Source of the DNA: Eledone cirrhosa
Lineage: Eukaryota
NCBI GenBank assembly: GCA_964016885.1
Contig: OZ024741.1
Location: 409,076,001-409,140,000 of the forward strand
DNA: 64,000 nucleotides
Reading direction: 5' to 3'
Shown here: positions 1-13,525 of the stretch, in pieces
How the letters are laid out: each line of letters opens with the position of its first letter
Numbering within the stretch: position 1 is the stretch's first letter
Program-made: the position numbers and the translations under genes
Notes under the pieces: model-generated
Told to the model about the DNA's origin: nothing
Databases searched by the model: none
What the model saw: only the letters and a program-made list of their open reading frames with translations

Positions 1-3000
1 TATTTTAAAAGGAAGACTGTGTACCTATTTTAAAAGGAAGACTGTACCTATTTTAAAAGGGAGACTTTGCACCTATTTTAAAAGGAAGACTGTACCTATT
101 TTAAAAGGAAGACTGTACCTATTTTAAAAGGAAGACTGTACCTATTTTAAAAAGAAGACTGTACCTATTTTAAAAGGAAGACTGTACCTATTTTAAAAGG
201 AAGATTGTGTACCTATTTTAAAAGAGAGACTGTACCTATTTTAAAAGGAAGACTGTACTTATTTTAAAAGGAAGACTGTACCTATTTTAAAAGGGAGACT
301 GTGTACCTATTTTAAAAGGGAGACTGTACCTATTTTAAAAGGAAGACTGTGTACCTGTTTTAAAAGGGAGACTGTACCTATTTTAAAAGGGAGACTGTAC
401 CTATTTTAAAAGGGAGACTGTACCTATTTTAAAAGGAAGACTGTACCTATTTTAAAAGGAAGACTGTGTACCTATTTTAAAAGGAAGGCTGTGTACCTAT
501 TTTAAAAGGGAGACTATGTACCTATTTTAAGAGGAAGCAGATACCTATTTTAAAAGGAAGACTGTGTACCTATTTTAAAAGGGAGACTGTACCTATTTTA
601 AAAGGAAGACTGTGTACCTATTTTAAAAGGAATACTGTACCTATTTTAAAAGGAAGACTGTGTACCTATATTAAAACGGAGACTGTGTACGTATTTTAAA
701 AGGAAGACTGTGTACCTATTTTAAAAGGGAGACTTACCTATTTTAAAAGGAAGACTGTACCTATTTTAAAAGGAAGACTGTACCTATTTTAAAAGGAAGA
801 CTGTGTACCTATTTTAAAAGGGAGACTGTACCTATTTTAAAAGGAAGACTCTACCTATTTTAAAAGGAAGACTGTACCTATTTTAAAAGGAAGACTGTGT
901 ACCTATTTTAAAAGGAAGACTGTACCTATTTTAAAATGAAGACTGTGTACCTGTTTTAAAAGGGAGACTGTGTACCTATTTTAAAAGGGAGACTGTGTAC
1001 CTATTTTAAAAGGAAGACTGTACCTATTTTAAAATGAAGACTGTGTACCTGTTTTAAAAGGGAGACTGTGTACCTATTTTAAAAGGGAGACTGTGTACCT
1101 ATTTTAAAAGGAAGACTTACCTATTTTAAAAGGAAGACTGTGTACCTATTTTAAAAGGGAGACTGTACCTATTTTAAAAGGAAGACTGTGTACGTATTTT
1201 AAAAGGGAGACTGTGTACCTATTTTAAAAAGAAGACTGTACCTATTTTAAAAGGAAGACTCTACCTATTTTAAAAGGAAGACTGTGTACCTATTTTAAAA
1301 GGGAGACTGCACCTATTTTAAAAGGGAGATTGTACCTATTTTAAAAGGAAGACTGTACCTATTTTAGAAGGAAGACTGTACCTATTTTAAAAGGAAGACT
1401 GTGTACCTATTTTAAAAGGAAGACTTACCTATTTCAAAAGGAAGACTATGTACCTATTTTAAAAGGGAGACTGTGTACCTATTTTAAGAGGAAGAAGATA
1501 CCTATTTTAAAAGGAAGACCGTGTACCTATATTAAAAGGGAGACTGTACCTATTTTAAAAGGAAGACTGTACCTATTTTAAAAGGAAGACTGTACATATT
1601 TTAAAAGGAAGACTGTGTACCTATTTTAAAAGGGAAACTGTGTACCTATTTTAAAAGGAAGACTGTACCTATTTTAAAAGGAAGACTGTACCTATTTTAA
1701 AAGGAAGACTGTACCTATTTTAAAAAGAAGACTGTACCTATTTTAAAAGGAAGACTGTACCTATTTTAAAAGGAAGATTGTGTACCTATTTTAAAAGAGA
1801 GACTGTACCTATTTTAAAAGGAAGACTGTACTTATTTTAAAAGGAAGACTGTACCTATTTTAAAAGGGAGACTGTGTACCTATTTTAAAAGGAAGACTGT
1901 ACCTATTTTAAAAGGAAGACTGTACCTATTTTAAAAAGAAGACTGTACCTATTTTAAAAGGAAGACTGTACCTATTTTAAAAGGAAGATTGTGTACCTAT
2001 TTTAAAAGAGAGACTGTACCTATCTTAAAAGGAAGACTGTACTTATTTTAAAAGGAAGACTGTACCTATTTTAAAAGGGAGACTGTGTACCTATTTTAAA
2101 AGGGAGACTGTACCTATTTTAAAAGGAAGACTGTGTACCTGTTTTAAAAGGGAGACTGTACCTATTTTAAAAGGGAGACTCTACCTATTTTAAAAGGAAG
2201 ACTGTACCTATTTTAAAAAAGAGACTGTACCTATTTTAAAACGAAGACTGTGTACGTATTTTAAAAGGGAGATGTACCTATTTTAAAAAGAAGACTGTAC
2301 CTATTTTAAAAGGAAGACTCTACATATTTTAAAAGGAAGACTGTGTACTTATTTTAAAAGGGAGACTGCACCTATTTTAAAAGGGAGACTGTACCTATTT
2401 TAAAAGGAAGACTGTACCTATTTTAAAAGGAAGACTGTACCTATTTTAAAAGAAGACTGTGTACTTATTTTAAAAGGAAGACTGTGTACCTATTTTAAAA
2501 GGGAGACTATGTACCTATTTTAAGAGGAAGCAGATACCTATTTTAAAAGGAAGACTGTGTACCTATTTTAAAAGGGAGACTGTACCTATTTTAAAAGGAA
2601 GACTGTATCTATTTTAAAAGGAAGACTGTACCTATTTTAAAAGAGAGACTGTACCTATTTTAAAAAGAAGACTGTACCTATTTTAAAAGGAAGACTGTAC
2701 CTATTTTAAAAGGAAGATTGTGTACCTATTTTAAAAGAGAGACTGTACCTATTTTAAAAGGAAGACTGTACTTATTTTAAAAGGAAGACTGTACCTATTT
2801 TAAAAGGGAGACTGTGTACCTATTTTAAAAGGGAGACTGTACCTATTTTAAAAGGAAGACTGTGTACCTGTTTTAAAAGGGAGACTGTACCTATTTTAAA
2901 AGGGAGACTGTACCTATTTTAAAAGGGAGACTGTACCTATTTTAAAAGGAAGACTGTACCTATTTTAAAAGGAAGACTGTGTACCTATTTTAAAAGGAAG

Positions 3001-6000
3001 GCTGTGTACCTATTTTAAAAGGGAGACTATGTACCTATTTTAAGAGGAAGCAGATACCTATTTTAAAAGGAAGACTGTGTACCTATTTTAAAAGGGAGAC
3101 TGTACCTATTTTAAAAGGAAGACTGTATCTATTTTAAAAGGAAGACTGTACCTATTTTAAAAGAGAGACTGTACCTATTTTAAAAGGAAGACTGTACTTA
3201 TTTTAAAAGGAAGACTGTACCTATTTTAAAAGGGAGACTGTGTACCTATTTTAAAAGGGAGACTGTACCTATTTTAAAAGGAAGACTGTGTACCTGTTTT
3301 AAAAGGGAGACTGTACCTATTTTAAAAGGGAGACTGTACCTATTTTAAAAGGGAGACTGTACGTATTTTAAAAGGAAGACCGTGTACCTATTTTAAAAGG
3401 GAGACTTACCTATTTTAAAAGGAAGACTGTACCTATTTTAAAAGGAAGACTGTACCTATTTTAAAAGGAAGACTGTGTACCTATTTTAAAAGGGAGACTG
3501 TACCTATTTTAAAAGGAAGACTCTACCTATTTTAAAAGGAAGACTGTACCTATTTTAAAAGGAAGACTGTGTACCTATTTTAAAAGGGAGACTTACCTAT
3601 TTTAAAAGGAAGACTGTACCTATTTTAAAAGGAAGACTGTACCTATTTTAAAAGGAAGACTGTGTACCTATTTTAAAAGGAAGACTGTACCTATTTTAAA
3701 AGGAAGACTGTACCTATTTTAAAAAGAAGACTGTACCTATGTTAAAAGGAAGACTGTACCTATTTTAAAAGGAAGATTGTGTACCTATTTTAAAAGAGAG
3801 ACTGTACCTATCTTAAAAGGAAGACTGTACTTATTTTAAAAGGAAGACTGTACCTATTTTAAAAGGGAGACTGTGTACCTATTTTAAAAGGGAGACTGTA
3901 CCTATTTTAAAAGGAAGACTGTGTACCTGTTTTAAAAGGGAGACTTACCTATTTTAAAAGGAAGACTGTACCTATTTTAAAAGGAAGACTGTACCTATTT
4001 TGAAAGGAAGACTGTGTACCTATTTTAAAAGGGAGACTGTACCTATTTTAAAAGGAAGACTCTACCTATTTTAAAAGGAAGACTGTACCTATCTTAAAAG
4101 GAAGACTGTGTACCTATTTTAAAAGGAAGACTGTACCTATTTTAAAATGAAGACTGTGTACCTGTTTTAAAAGGGAGACTGTGTACCTATTTTAAAAGGG
4201 AGACTGTGTACCTATTTTAAAAGGAAGAATTACCTATTTTAAAAGGAAGACTGTGTACCTATTTTAAAAGGGAGACTGTACCTATTTTAAAAGGAAGACT
4301 GTGTACGTATTTTAAAAGGAAGACTGTGTACCTATTTTAAAAGGAAGACTCTACCTATTTTAAAAGGAAGACTGTGTACCTATTTTAAAAGGGAGACTGC
4401 ACCTATTTTAAAAGGGAGATTGTACCTATTTTAAAAGGAAGACTGTACCTATTTTAGAAGGAAGACTGTACCTATTTTAAAAGGAAGACTGTGTACCTAT
4501 TTTAAAAGGAAGACTGTACCTATTTCAAAAGGAAGACTATGTACCTATTTTAAAAGGGAGACTGTGTACCTATTTTAAGAGGAAGAAGATACCTATTTTA
4601 AAAGGAAGACCGTGTACCTATTTTAAAAGGGAGACTGTACCTATTTTAAAAGGAAGACTGTACCTATTTTAAAAGGAAGACTGTACATATTTTAAAAGGA
4701 AGACTGTGTACCTATTTTAAAAGGGAGACTGTGTACCTATTTTAAAAGGAAGACTGTACCTATTTTAAAAGGAAGACTGTACCTATTTTAAAAGGAAGAC
4801 TGTACCTATTTTAAAAAGAAGACTGTACCTATTTTAAAAGGAAGACTGTACCTATTTTAAAAGGAAGATTGTGTACCTATTTTAAAAGAGAGACTGTACC
4901 TATCTTAAAAGGAAGACTGTACTTATTTTAAAAGGAAGACTGTACCTATTTTAAAAGGGAGACTGTGTACCTATTTTAAAAGGGAGACTGTACCTATTTT
5001 AAAAGGAAGACTGTGTACCTGTTTTAAAAGGGAGACTGTACCTATTTTAAAAGGGAGACTCTACCTATTTTAAAAGGAAGACTGTACCTATTTTAAAAGG
5101 AAGACTGTACCTATTTTAAAAGGAAGACTGTACCTATTTTAAAAGGGAGACTGTGTACCTATTTTAAAAGGGAGACTGTACCTATTTTAAAAGGGAGACT
5201 GTGTACCTATTTTAAAAGGAAGACTGTGTACCTATTTTAAAAGGGAGACTTACCTATTTTGAAAGGAAGACTGTGTACCTATTTTAAAAGGGAGACTGTG
5301 TACCTGTTTTAAAAGGGAGACTGTGTACCTATTTTAAAAGGGAGACTCTGTACCTATTTTAAAAGGGAGACTGTGTACCTATTTTAAATGGAAGACTGTA
5401 CCTATTTGAAAAGGAAGACTCTACCTATTTTAAAAGGAAGACTGTATCTATTTTAAAAAGAAGACTGTACCTATTTTAAATGGAAGACTGTACCTATTTT
5501 AAAAGGAAGATTGTGTACCTATTTTAAAAGAGAGACTGTACCTATTTTAAAGGGAAGACTGTACTTATTTTAAAAGGAAGACTGTACCTATTTTAAAAGG
5601 GAGACTGTGTACCTATTTTAAAAGGGAGACTGTACCTATTTTAAAAGGAAGTCTGTGTACCTATTTTAAAAGGGAGACTCTACCTATTTTAAAAGGAAGA
5701 CTGTACCTATTTTAAAAGGAAGACTGTACCTATTTTAAAAGGAAGACTGTGTACCTATTTTAAAAAAGAGACTGTGTACCTATTTTAAAAGGGAGACTTA
5801 CCTATTTTAAAAGGAAGACTCTACCTATATAAAAAGGAAGACTGTACCTATTTTAAAAGGGAGACTGTGTACCTATTTTAAAAGGTAGACTGTACCTATT
5901 TTAAAAGGAAGACTGTACCTATTTTAAAAGGAAGACTGTGTACCTATTTTAAAAGGGAGACTGTGTACCTATTTTAAAAGAAAGACTGTGTACCTATTTT

Positions 6001-9000
6001 AAAAGGGAGACTGTGTACCTATTTTAAAAGGAAGACTGTGTACCTATTTTAAAAGGGAGACTTACCTATTTTGAAAGGAAGACTGTGTACCTATTTTAAA
6101 AGGAAGACTGTGTACCTATTTTAAAAGGGAGACTGTGTACCTATATTAAAAGGGAGACTGTGTACGTATTTTAAAAGGAAGACTGTGTACCTATTTTAAA
6201 TGGGAGACTGTACCTATTTAAAAAAAACGACTGTACCTATTTTAAAAGGAAGACCGTACCTATTGTAAAAGGAAGACTGTGTACTTATTTTAAAAGGGAG
6301 ACTGTACCTATTTTAAAAGGAAGACTCTACCTATTTTAAAAGGGAGACTGTGTACCTATTTTAAAAGGGAGACTGTACCTATTGTAAAAGGAAGACTGTA
6401 CCTATTTTAAAAGGAAGACTGTGTACCTATTTTAAAAGGAAGACTGTACCTATTTTAAAAGGGAGACTTTGTACCTATTTTAAAAGGAAGACTGTACCTA
6501 TTTTAAAAGGAAGACTGTACCTATTTTAAAAGGAAGACTGTACCTATTTTAAAAAGAAGACTGTACCTATTTTAAAAGGAAGACTGTACCTATTTTAAAA
6601 GGAAGATTGTGTACCTATTTTAAAAGAGAGACTGTACCTATTTTAAAAGGAAGACTGTACTTATTTTAAAAGGAAGACTGTACCTATTTTAAAAGGGAGA
6701 CTGTGTACCTATTTTAAAAGGGAGACTGTACCTATTTTAAAAGGAAGACTGTGTACCTGTTTTAAAAGGGAGACTGTACCTATTTTAAAAGGGAGACTGT
6801 ACCTATTTTAAAAGGGAGACTGTACCTATTTTAAAAGGAAGACTGTACCTATTTTAAAAGGAAGACTGTGTACCTATTTTAAAAGGAAGGCTGTGTACCT
6901 ATTTTAAAAGGGAGACTATGTACCTATTTTAAGAGGAAGCAGATACCTATTTTAAAAGGAAGACTGTGTACCTATTTTAAAAGGGAGACTGTACCTATTT
7001 TAAAAGGAAGACTGTGTACCTATTTTAAAAGGAATACTGTACCTATTTTAAAAGGAAGATTGTGTACCTATTTTAAAAGAGAGACTGTACCTATTTTAAA
7101 AGGAAGACTGTACTTATTTTAAAAGGAAGACTGTACCTATTTTAAAAGGAAGACTGTGTACCTATTTTAAAAGGGAGACTGCACCTATTTTAAAAGGGAG
7201 ATTGTACCTATTTTAAAAGGAAGACTGTACCTATTTTAGAAGGAAGACTGTACCTATTTTAAAAGGAAGACTGTGTACCTATTTTAAAAGGAAGACAATA
7301 CCTATTTTAAAATGAAGGCTGTGTACCTGTTTTAAAAGGGAGACTGTGTACCTATTTTAAAAGGGAGACTGTGTACCTATTTTAAAAGGGAGACTGTGTA
7401 CCTATTTTAAATGGAAGACTGTACCTATTTGAAAAGGAAGACTCTACCTATTTTAAAAGGAAGACTGTATCTATTTTAAAAAGAAGACTGTACCTATTTT
7501 AAATGGAAGACTGTACCTATTTTAAAAGGAAGATTGTGTACCTATTTTAAAAGAGAGACTGTACCTATTTTAAAGGGAAGACTGTACTTATTTTAAAAGG
7601 AAGACTGTACCTATTTTAAAAGGGAGACTGTGTACCTATTTTAAAAGGGAGACTGTACCTATTTTAAAAGGAAGTCTGTGTACCTATTTTAAAAGGGAGA
7701 CTCTACCTATTTTAAAAGGAAGACTGTACCTATTTTAAAAGGAAGACTGTACCTATTTTAAAAGGAAGACTGTGTACCTATTTTAAAAAAGAGACTGTGT
7801 ACCTATTTTAAAAGGGAGACTTACCTATTTTAAAAGGAAGACTCTACCTATATAAAAAGGAAGACTGTACCTATTTTAAAAGGGAGACTGTGTACCTGTT
7901 TTAAAAGGGAGACTGTACCTATTTTAAAAGGAAGACTGTACCTATTTTAAAAGGAAGACTGTGTACCTATTTTAAAAGGGAGACTGTGTACCTATTTTAA
8001 AAGAAAGACTGTGTACCTATTTTAAAAGGGAGACTGTGTACCTATTTTAAAAGGAAGACTGTGTACCTATTTTAAAAGGGAGACTTACCTATTTTGAAAG
8101 GAAGACTGTGTACCTATTTTAAAAGGAAGACTGTGTACCTATTTTAAAAGGGAGACTGTGTACCTATATTAAAAGGGAGACTGTGTACGTATTTTAAAAG
8201 GAAGACTGTGTACCTATTTTAAATGGGAGACTGTACCTATTTGAAAAAAAAGACTGTACCTATTTTAAAAGGAAGACCGTACCTATTTTAAAAGGAAGAC
8301 TGTGTACTTATTTTAAAAGGGAGACTGTACCTATTTTAAAAGGAAGACTGTGTACCTATTTTAAAAGGAAGACTGTACCTATTTTAAAAGGGAGACTTTG
8401 TACCTATTTTAAAAGGAAGACTGTACCTATTTTAAAAGGAAGACTGTACCTATTTTAAAAGGAAGACTGTACCTATTTTAAAAAGAGGACTGTACCTATT
8501 TTAAAAGGAAGACTGTACCTATTTTAAAAGGAAGATTGTGTACCTATTTTAAAAGAGAGACTGTACCTATTTTAAAAGGAAGACTGTACTTATTTTAAAA
8601 GGAAGACTGTACCTATTTTAAAAGGGAGACTGTGTACCTATTTTAAAAGGGAGACTGTACCTATTTTAAAAGGAAGACTGTGTACCTGTTTTAAAAGGGA
8701 GACTGTACCTATTTTAAAAGGGAGACTGTACCTATTTTAAAAGGGAGACTGTACCTATTTTAAAAGGAAGACTGTACCTATTTTAAAAGGAAGACTGTGT
8801 ACCTATTTTAAAAGGAAGGCTGTGTACCTATTTTAAAAGGGAGACTATGTACCTATTTTAAGAGGAAGCAGATACCTATTTTAAAAGGAAGACTGTGTAC
8901 CTATTTTAAAAGGGAGACTGTACCTATTTTAAAAGGAAGACTGTGTACCTATTTTAAAAGGAATACTGTACCTATTTTAAAAGGAAGACTGTGTACCTAT

Positions 9001-12000
9001 ATTAAAACGGAGACTGTGTACGTATTTTAAAAGGAAGACTGTGTACCTATTTTAAAAGGGAGACTTACCTATTTTAAAAGGAAGACTGTACCTATTTTAA
9101 AAGGAAGACTGTACCTATTTTAAAAGGAAGACTGTGTACCTATTTTAAAAGGGAGACTGTACCTATTTTAAAAGGAAGACTCTACCTATTTTAAAAGGAA
9201 GACTGTACCTATTTTAAAAGGAAGACTGTGTACCTATTTTAAAAGGAAGACTGTACCTATTTTAAAATGAAGACTGTGTACCTGTTTTAAAAGGGAGACT
9301 GTGTACCTATTTTAAAAGGGAGACTGTGTACCTATTTTAAAAGGAAGACTGTACCTATTTTAAAATGAAGACTGTGTACCTGTTTTAAAAGGGAGACTGT
9401 GTACCTATTTTAAAAGGGAGACTGTGTACCTATTTTAAAAGGAAGACTTACCTATTTTAAAAGGAAGACTGTGTACCTATTTTAAAAGGGAGACTGTACC
9501 TATTTTAAAAGGAAGACTGTGTACGTATTTTAAAAGGGAGACTGTGTACCTATTTTAAAAAGAAGACTGTACCTATTTTAAAAGGAAGACTCTACCTATT
9601 TTAAAAGGAAGACTGTGTACCTATTTTAAAAGGGAGACTGCACCTATTTTAAAAGGGAGATTGTACCTATTTTAAAAGGAAGACTGTACCTATTTTAGAA
9701 GGAAGACTGTACCTATTTTAAAAGGAAGACTGTGTACCTATTTTAAAAGGAAGACTTACCTATTTCAAAAGGAAGACTATGTACCTATTTTAAAAGGGAG
9801 ACTGTGTACCTATTTTAAGAGGAAGAAGATACCTATTTTAAAAGGAAGACCGTGTACCTATATTAAAAGGGAGACTGTACCTATTTTAAAAGGAAGACTG
9901 TACCTATTTTAAAAGGAAGACTGTACATATTTTAAAAGGAAGACTGTGTACCTATTTTAAAAGGGAAACTGTGTACCTATTTTAAAAGGAAGACTGTACC
10001 TATTTTAAAAGGAAGACTGTACCTATTTTAAAAGGAAGACTGTACCTATTTTAAAAAGAAGACTGTACCTATTTTAAAAGGAAGACTGTACCTATTTTAA
10101 AAGGAAGATTGTGTACCTATTTTAAAAGAGAGACTGTACCTATTTTAAAAGGAAGACTGTACTTATTTTAAAAGGAAGACTGTACCTATTTTAAAAGGGA
10201 GACTGTGTACCTATTTTAAAAGGAAGACTGTACCTATTTTAAAAGGAAGACTGTACCTATTTTAAAAAGAAGACTGTACCTATTTTAAAAGGAAGACTGT
10301 ACCTATTTTAAAAGGAAGATTGTGTACCTATTTTAAAAGAGAGACTGTACCTATCTTAAAAGGAAGACTGTACTTATTTTAAAAGGAAGACTGTACCTAT
10401 TTTAAAAGGGAGACTGTGTACCTATTTTAAAAGGGAGACTGTACCTATTTTAAAAGGAAGACTGTGTACCTGTTTTAAAAGGGAGACTGTACCTATTTTA
10501 AAAGGGAGACTCTACCTATTTTAAAAGGAAGACTGTACCTATTTTAAAAGGGAGACTGTACCTATTTTAAAACGAAGACTGTGTACGTATTTTAAAAGGG
10601 AGATGTACCTATTTTAAAAAGAAGACTGTACCTATTTTAAAAGGAAGACTCTACATATTTTAAAAGGAAGACTGTGTACTTATTTTAAAAGGGAGACTGC
10701 ACCTATTTTAAAAGGGAGACTGTACCTATTTTAAAAGGAAGACTGTACCTATTTTAAAAGGAAGACTGTACCTATTTTAAAAGAAGACTGTGTACTTATT
10801 TTAAAAGGAAGACTGTGTACCTATTTTAAAAGGGAGACTATGTACCTATTTTAAGAGGAAGCAGATACCTATTTTAAAAGGAAGACTGTGTACCTATTTT
10901 AAAAGGGAGACTGTACCTATTTTAAAAGGAAGACTGTATCTATTTTAAAAGGAAGACTGTACCTATTTTAAAAGAGAGACTGTACCTATTTTAAAAAGAA
11001 GACTGTACCTATTTTAAAAGGAAGACTGTACCTATTTTAAAAGGAAGATTGTGTACCTATTTTAAAAGAGAGACTGTACCTATTTTAAAAGGAAGACTGT
11101 ACTTATTTTAAAAGGAAGACTGTACCTATTTTAAAAGGGAGACTGTGTACCTATTTTAAAAGGGAGACTGTACCTATTTTAAAAGGAAGACTGTGTACCT
11201 GTTTTAAAAGGGAGACTGTACCTATTTTAAAAGGGAGACTGTACCTATTTTAAAAGGGAGACTGTACCTATTTTAAAAGGAAGACTGTACCTATTTTAAA
11301 AGGAAGACTGTGTACCTATTTTAAAAGGAAGGCTGTGTACCTATTTTAAAAGGGAGACTATGTACCTATTTTAAGAGGAAGCAGATACCTATTTTAAAAG
11401 GAAGACTGTGTACCTATTTTAAAAGGGAGACTGTACCTATTTTAAAAGGAAGACTGTATCTATTTTAAAAGGAAGACTGTACCTATTTTAAAAGAGAGAC
11501 TGTACCTATTTTAAAAGGAAGACTGTACTTATTTTAAAAGGAAGACTGTACCTATTTTAAAAGGGAGACTGTGTACCTATTTTAAAAGGGAGACTGTACC
11601 TATTTTAAAAGGAAGACTGTGTACCTGTTTTAAAAGGGAGACTGTACCTATTTTAAAAGGGAGACTGTACCTATTTTAAAAGGGAGACTGTACGTATTTT
11701 AAAAGGAAGACCGTGTACCTATTTTAAAAGGGAGACTTACCTATTTTAAAAGGAAGACTGTACCTATTTTAAAAGGAAGACTGTACCTATTTTAAAAGGA
11801 AGACTGTGTACCTATTTTAAAAGGGAGACTGTACCTATTTTAAAAGGAAGACTCTACCTATTTTAAAAGGAAGACTGTACCTATTTTAAAAGGAAGACTG
11901 TGTACCTATTTTAAAAGGGAGACTTACCTATTTTAAAAGGAAGACTGTACCTATTTTAAAAGGAAGACTGTACCTATTTTAAAAGGAAGACTGTGTACCT

Positions 12001-13525
12001 ATTTTAAAAGGAAGACTGTACCTATTTTAAAAGGAAGACTGTACCTATTTTAATAAGAAGACTGTACCTATGTTAAAAGGAAGACTGTACCTATTTTAAA
12101 AGGAAGATTGTGTACCTATTTTAAAAGAGAGACTGTACCTATCTTAAAAGGAAGACTGTACTTATTTTAAAAGGAAGACTGTACCTATTTTAAAAGGGAG
12201 ACTGTGTACCTATTTTAAAAGGGAGACTGTACCTATTTTAAAAGGAAGACTGTGTACCTGTTTTAAAAGGGAGACTTACCTATTTTAAAAGGAAGACTGT
12301 ACCTATTTTAAAAGGAAGACTGTACCTATTTTGAAAGGAAGACTGTGTACCTATTTTAAAAGGGAGACTGTACCTATTTTAAAAGGAAGACTCTACCTAT
12401 TTTAAAAGGAAGACTGTACCTATCTTAAAAGGAAGACTGTGTACCTATTTTAAAAGGAAGACTGTACCTATTTTAAAATGAAGACTGTGTACCTGTTTTA
12501 AAAGGGAGACTGTGTACCTATTTTAAAAGGGAGACTGTGTACCTATTTTAAAAGGAAGAATTACCTATTTTAAAAGGAAGACTGTGTACCTATTTTAAAA
12601 GGGAGACTGTACCTATTTTAAAAGGAAGACTGTGTACGTATTTTAAAAGGAAGACTGTGTACCTATTTTAAAAGGAAGACTCTACCTATTTTAAAAGGAA
12701 GACTGTGTACCTATTTTAAAAGGGAGACTGCACCTATTTTAAAAGGGAGATTGTACCTATTTTAAAAGGAAGACTGTACCTATTTTAGAAGGAAGACTGT
12801 ACCTATTTTAAAAGGAAGACTGTGTACCTATTTTAAAAGGAAGACTGTACCTATTTCAAAAGGAAGACTATGTACCTATTTTAAAAGGGAGACTGTGTAC
12901 CTATTTTAAGAGGAAGAAGATACCTATTTTAAAAGGAAGACCGTGTACCTATTTTAAAAGGGAGACTGTACCTATTTTAAAAGGAAGACTGTACCTATTT
13001 TAAAAGGAAGACTGTACATATTTTAAAAGGAAGACTGTGTACCTATTTTAAAAGGGAGACTGTGTACCTATTTTAAAAGGAAGACTGTACCTATTTTAAA
13101 AGGAAGACTGTACTTATTTTAAAAGGAAGACTGTACCTATTTTAAAAAGAAGACTGTACCTATTTTAAAAGGAAGACTGTACCTATTTTAAAAGGAAGAT
13201 TGTGTACCTATTTTAAAAGAGAGACTGTACCTATCTTAAAAGGAAGACTGTACTTATTTTAAAAGGAAGACTGTACCTATTTTAAAAGGGAGACTGTGTA
13301 CCTATTTTAAAAGGGAGACTGTACCTATTTTAAAAGGAAGACTGTGTACCTGTTTTAAAAGGGAGACTGTACCTATTTTAAAAGGGAGACTCTACCTATT
13401 TTAAAAGGAAGACTGTACCTATTTTAAAAGGAAGACTGTACCTATTTTAAAAGGAAGACTGTACCTATTTTAAAAGGGAGACTGTGTACCTATTTTAAAA
13501 GGGAGACTGTACCTATTTTAAAAGG
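1..13525. repeat. Near-identical ~5.2 kb segmental duplication inside the array (1-~5194 vs 8332-~13525; offset 8331 bp)
   Basis: Rare variants recur at exactly +8331: AAACGGAG (C at 677/9008), GACTTACC (731/9062), GAAGAATTACC (4229/12560). The copies diverge at ~5195/13526. Confidence 0.9.
5330..8340. repeat. ~1 kb block duplicated at offset 2023 bp (~5330-6320 vs ~7353-8340)
   Basis: Locally restricted variants are shared at +2023: TATTTGAAAAGGAA (5408/7431), CTATATAAAAAGG (5826/7849), AAATGGGAGA followed by an A-run monomer (6201/8224). Confidence 0.85.
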
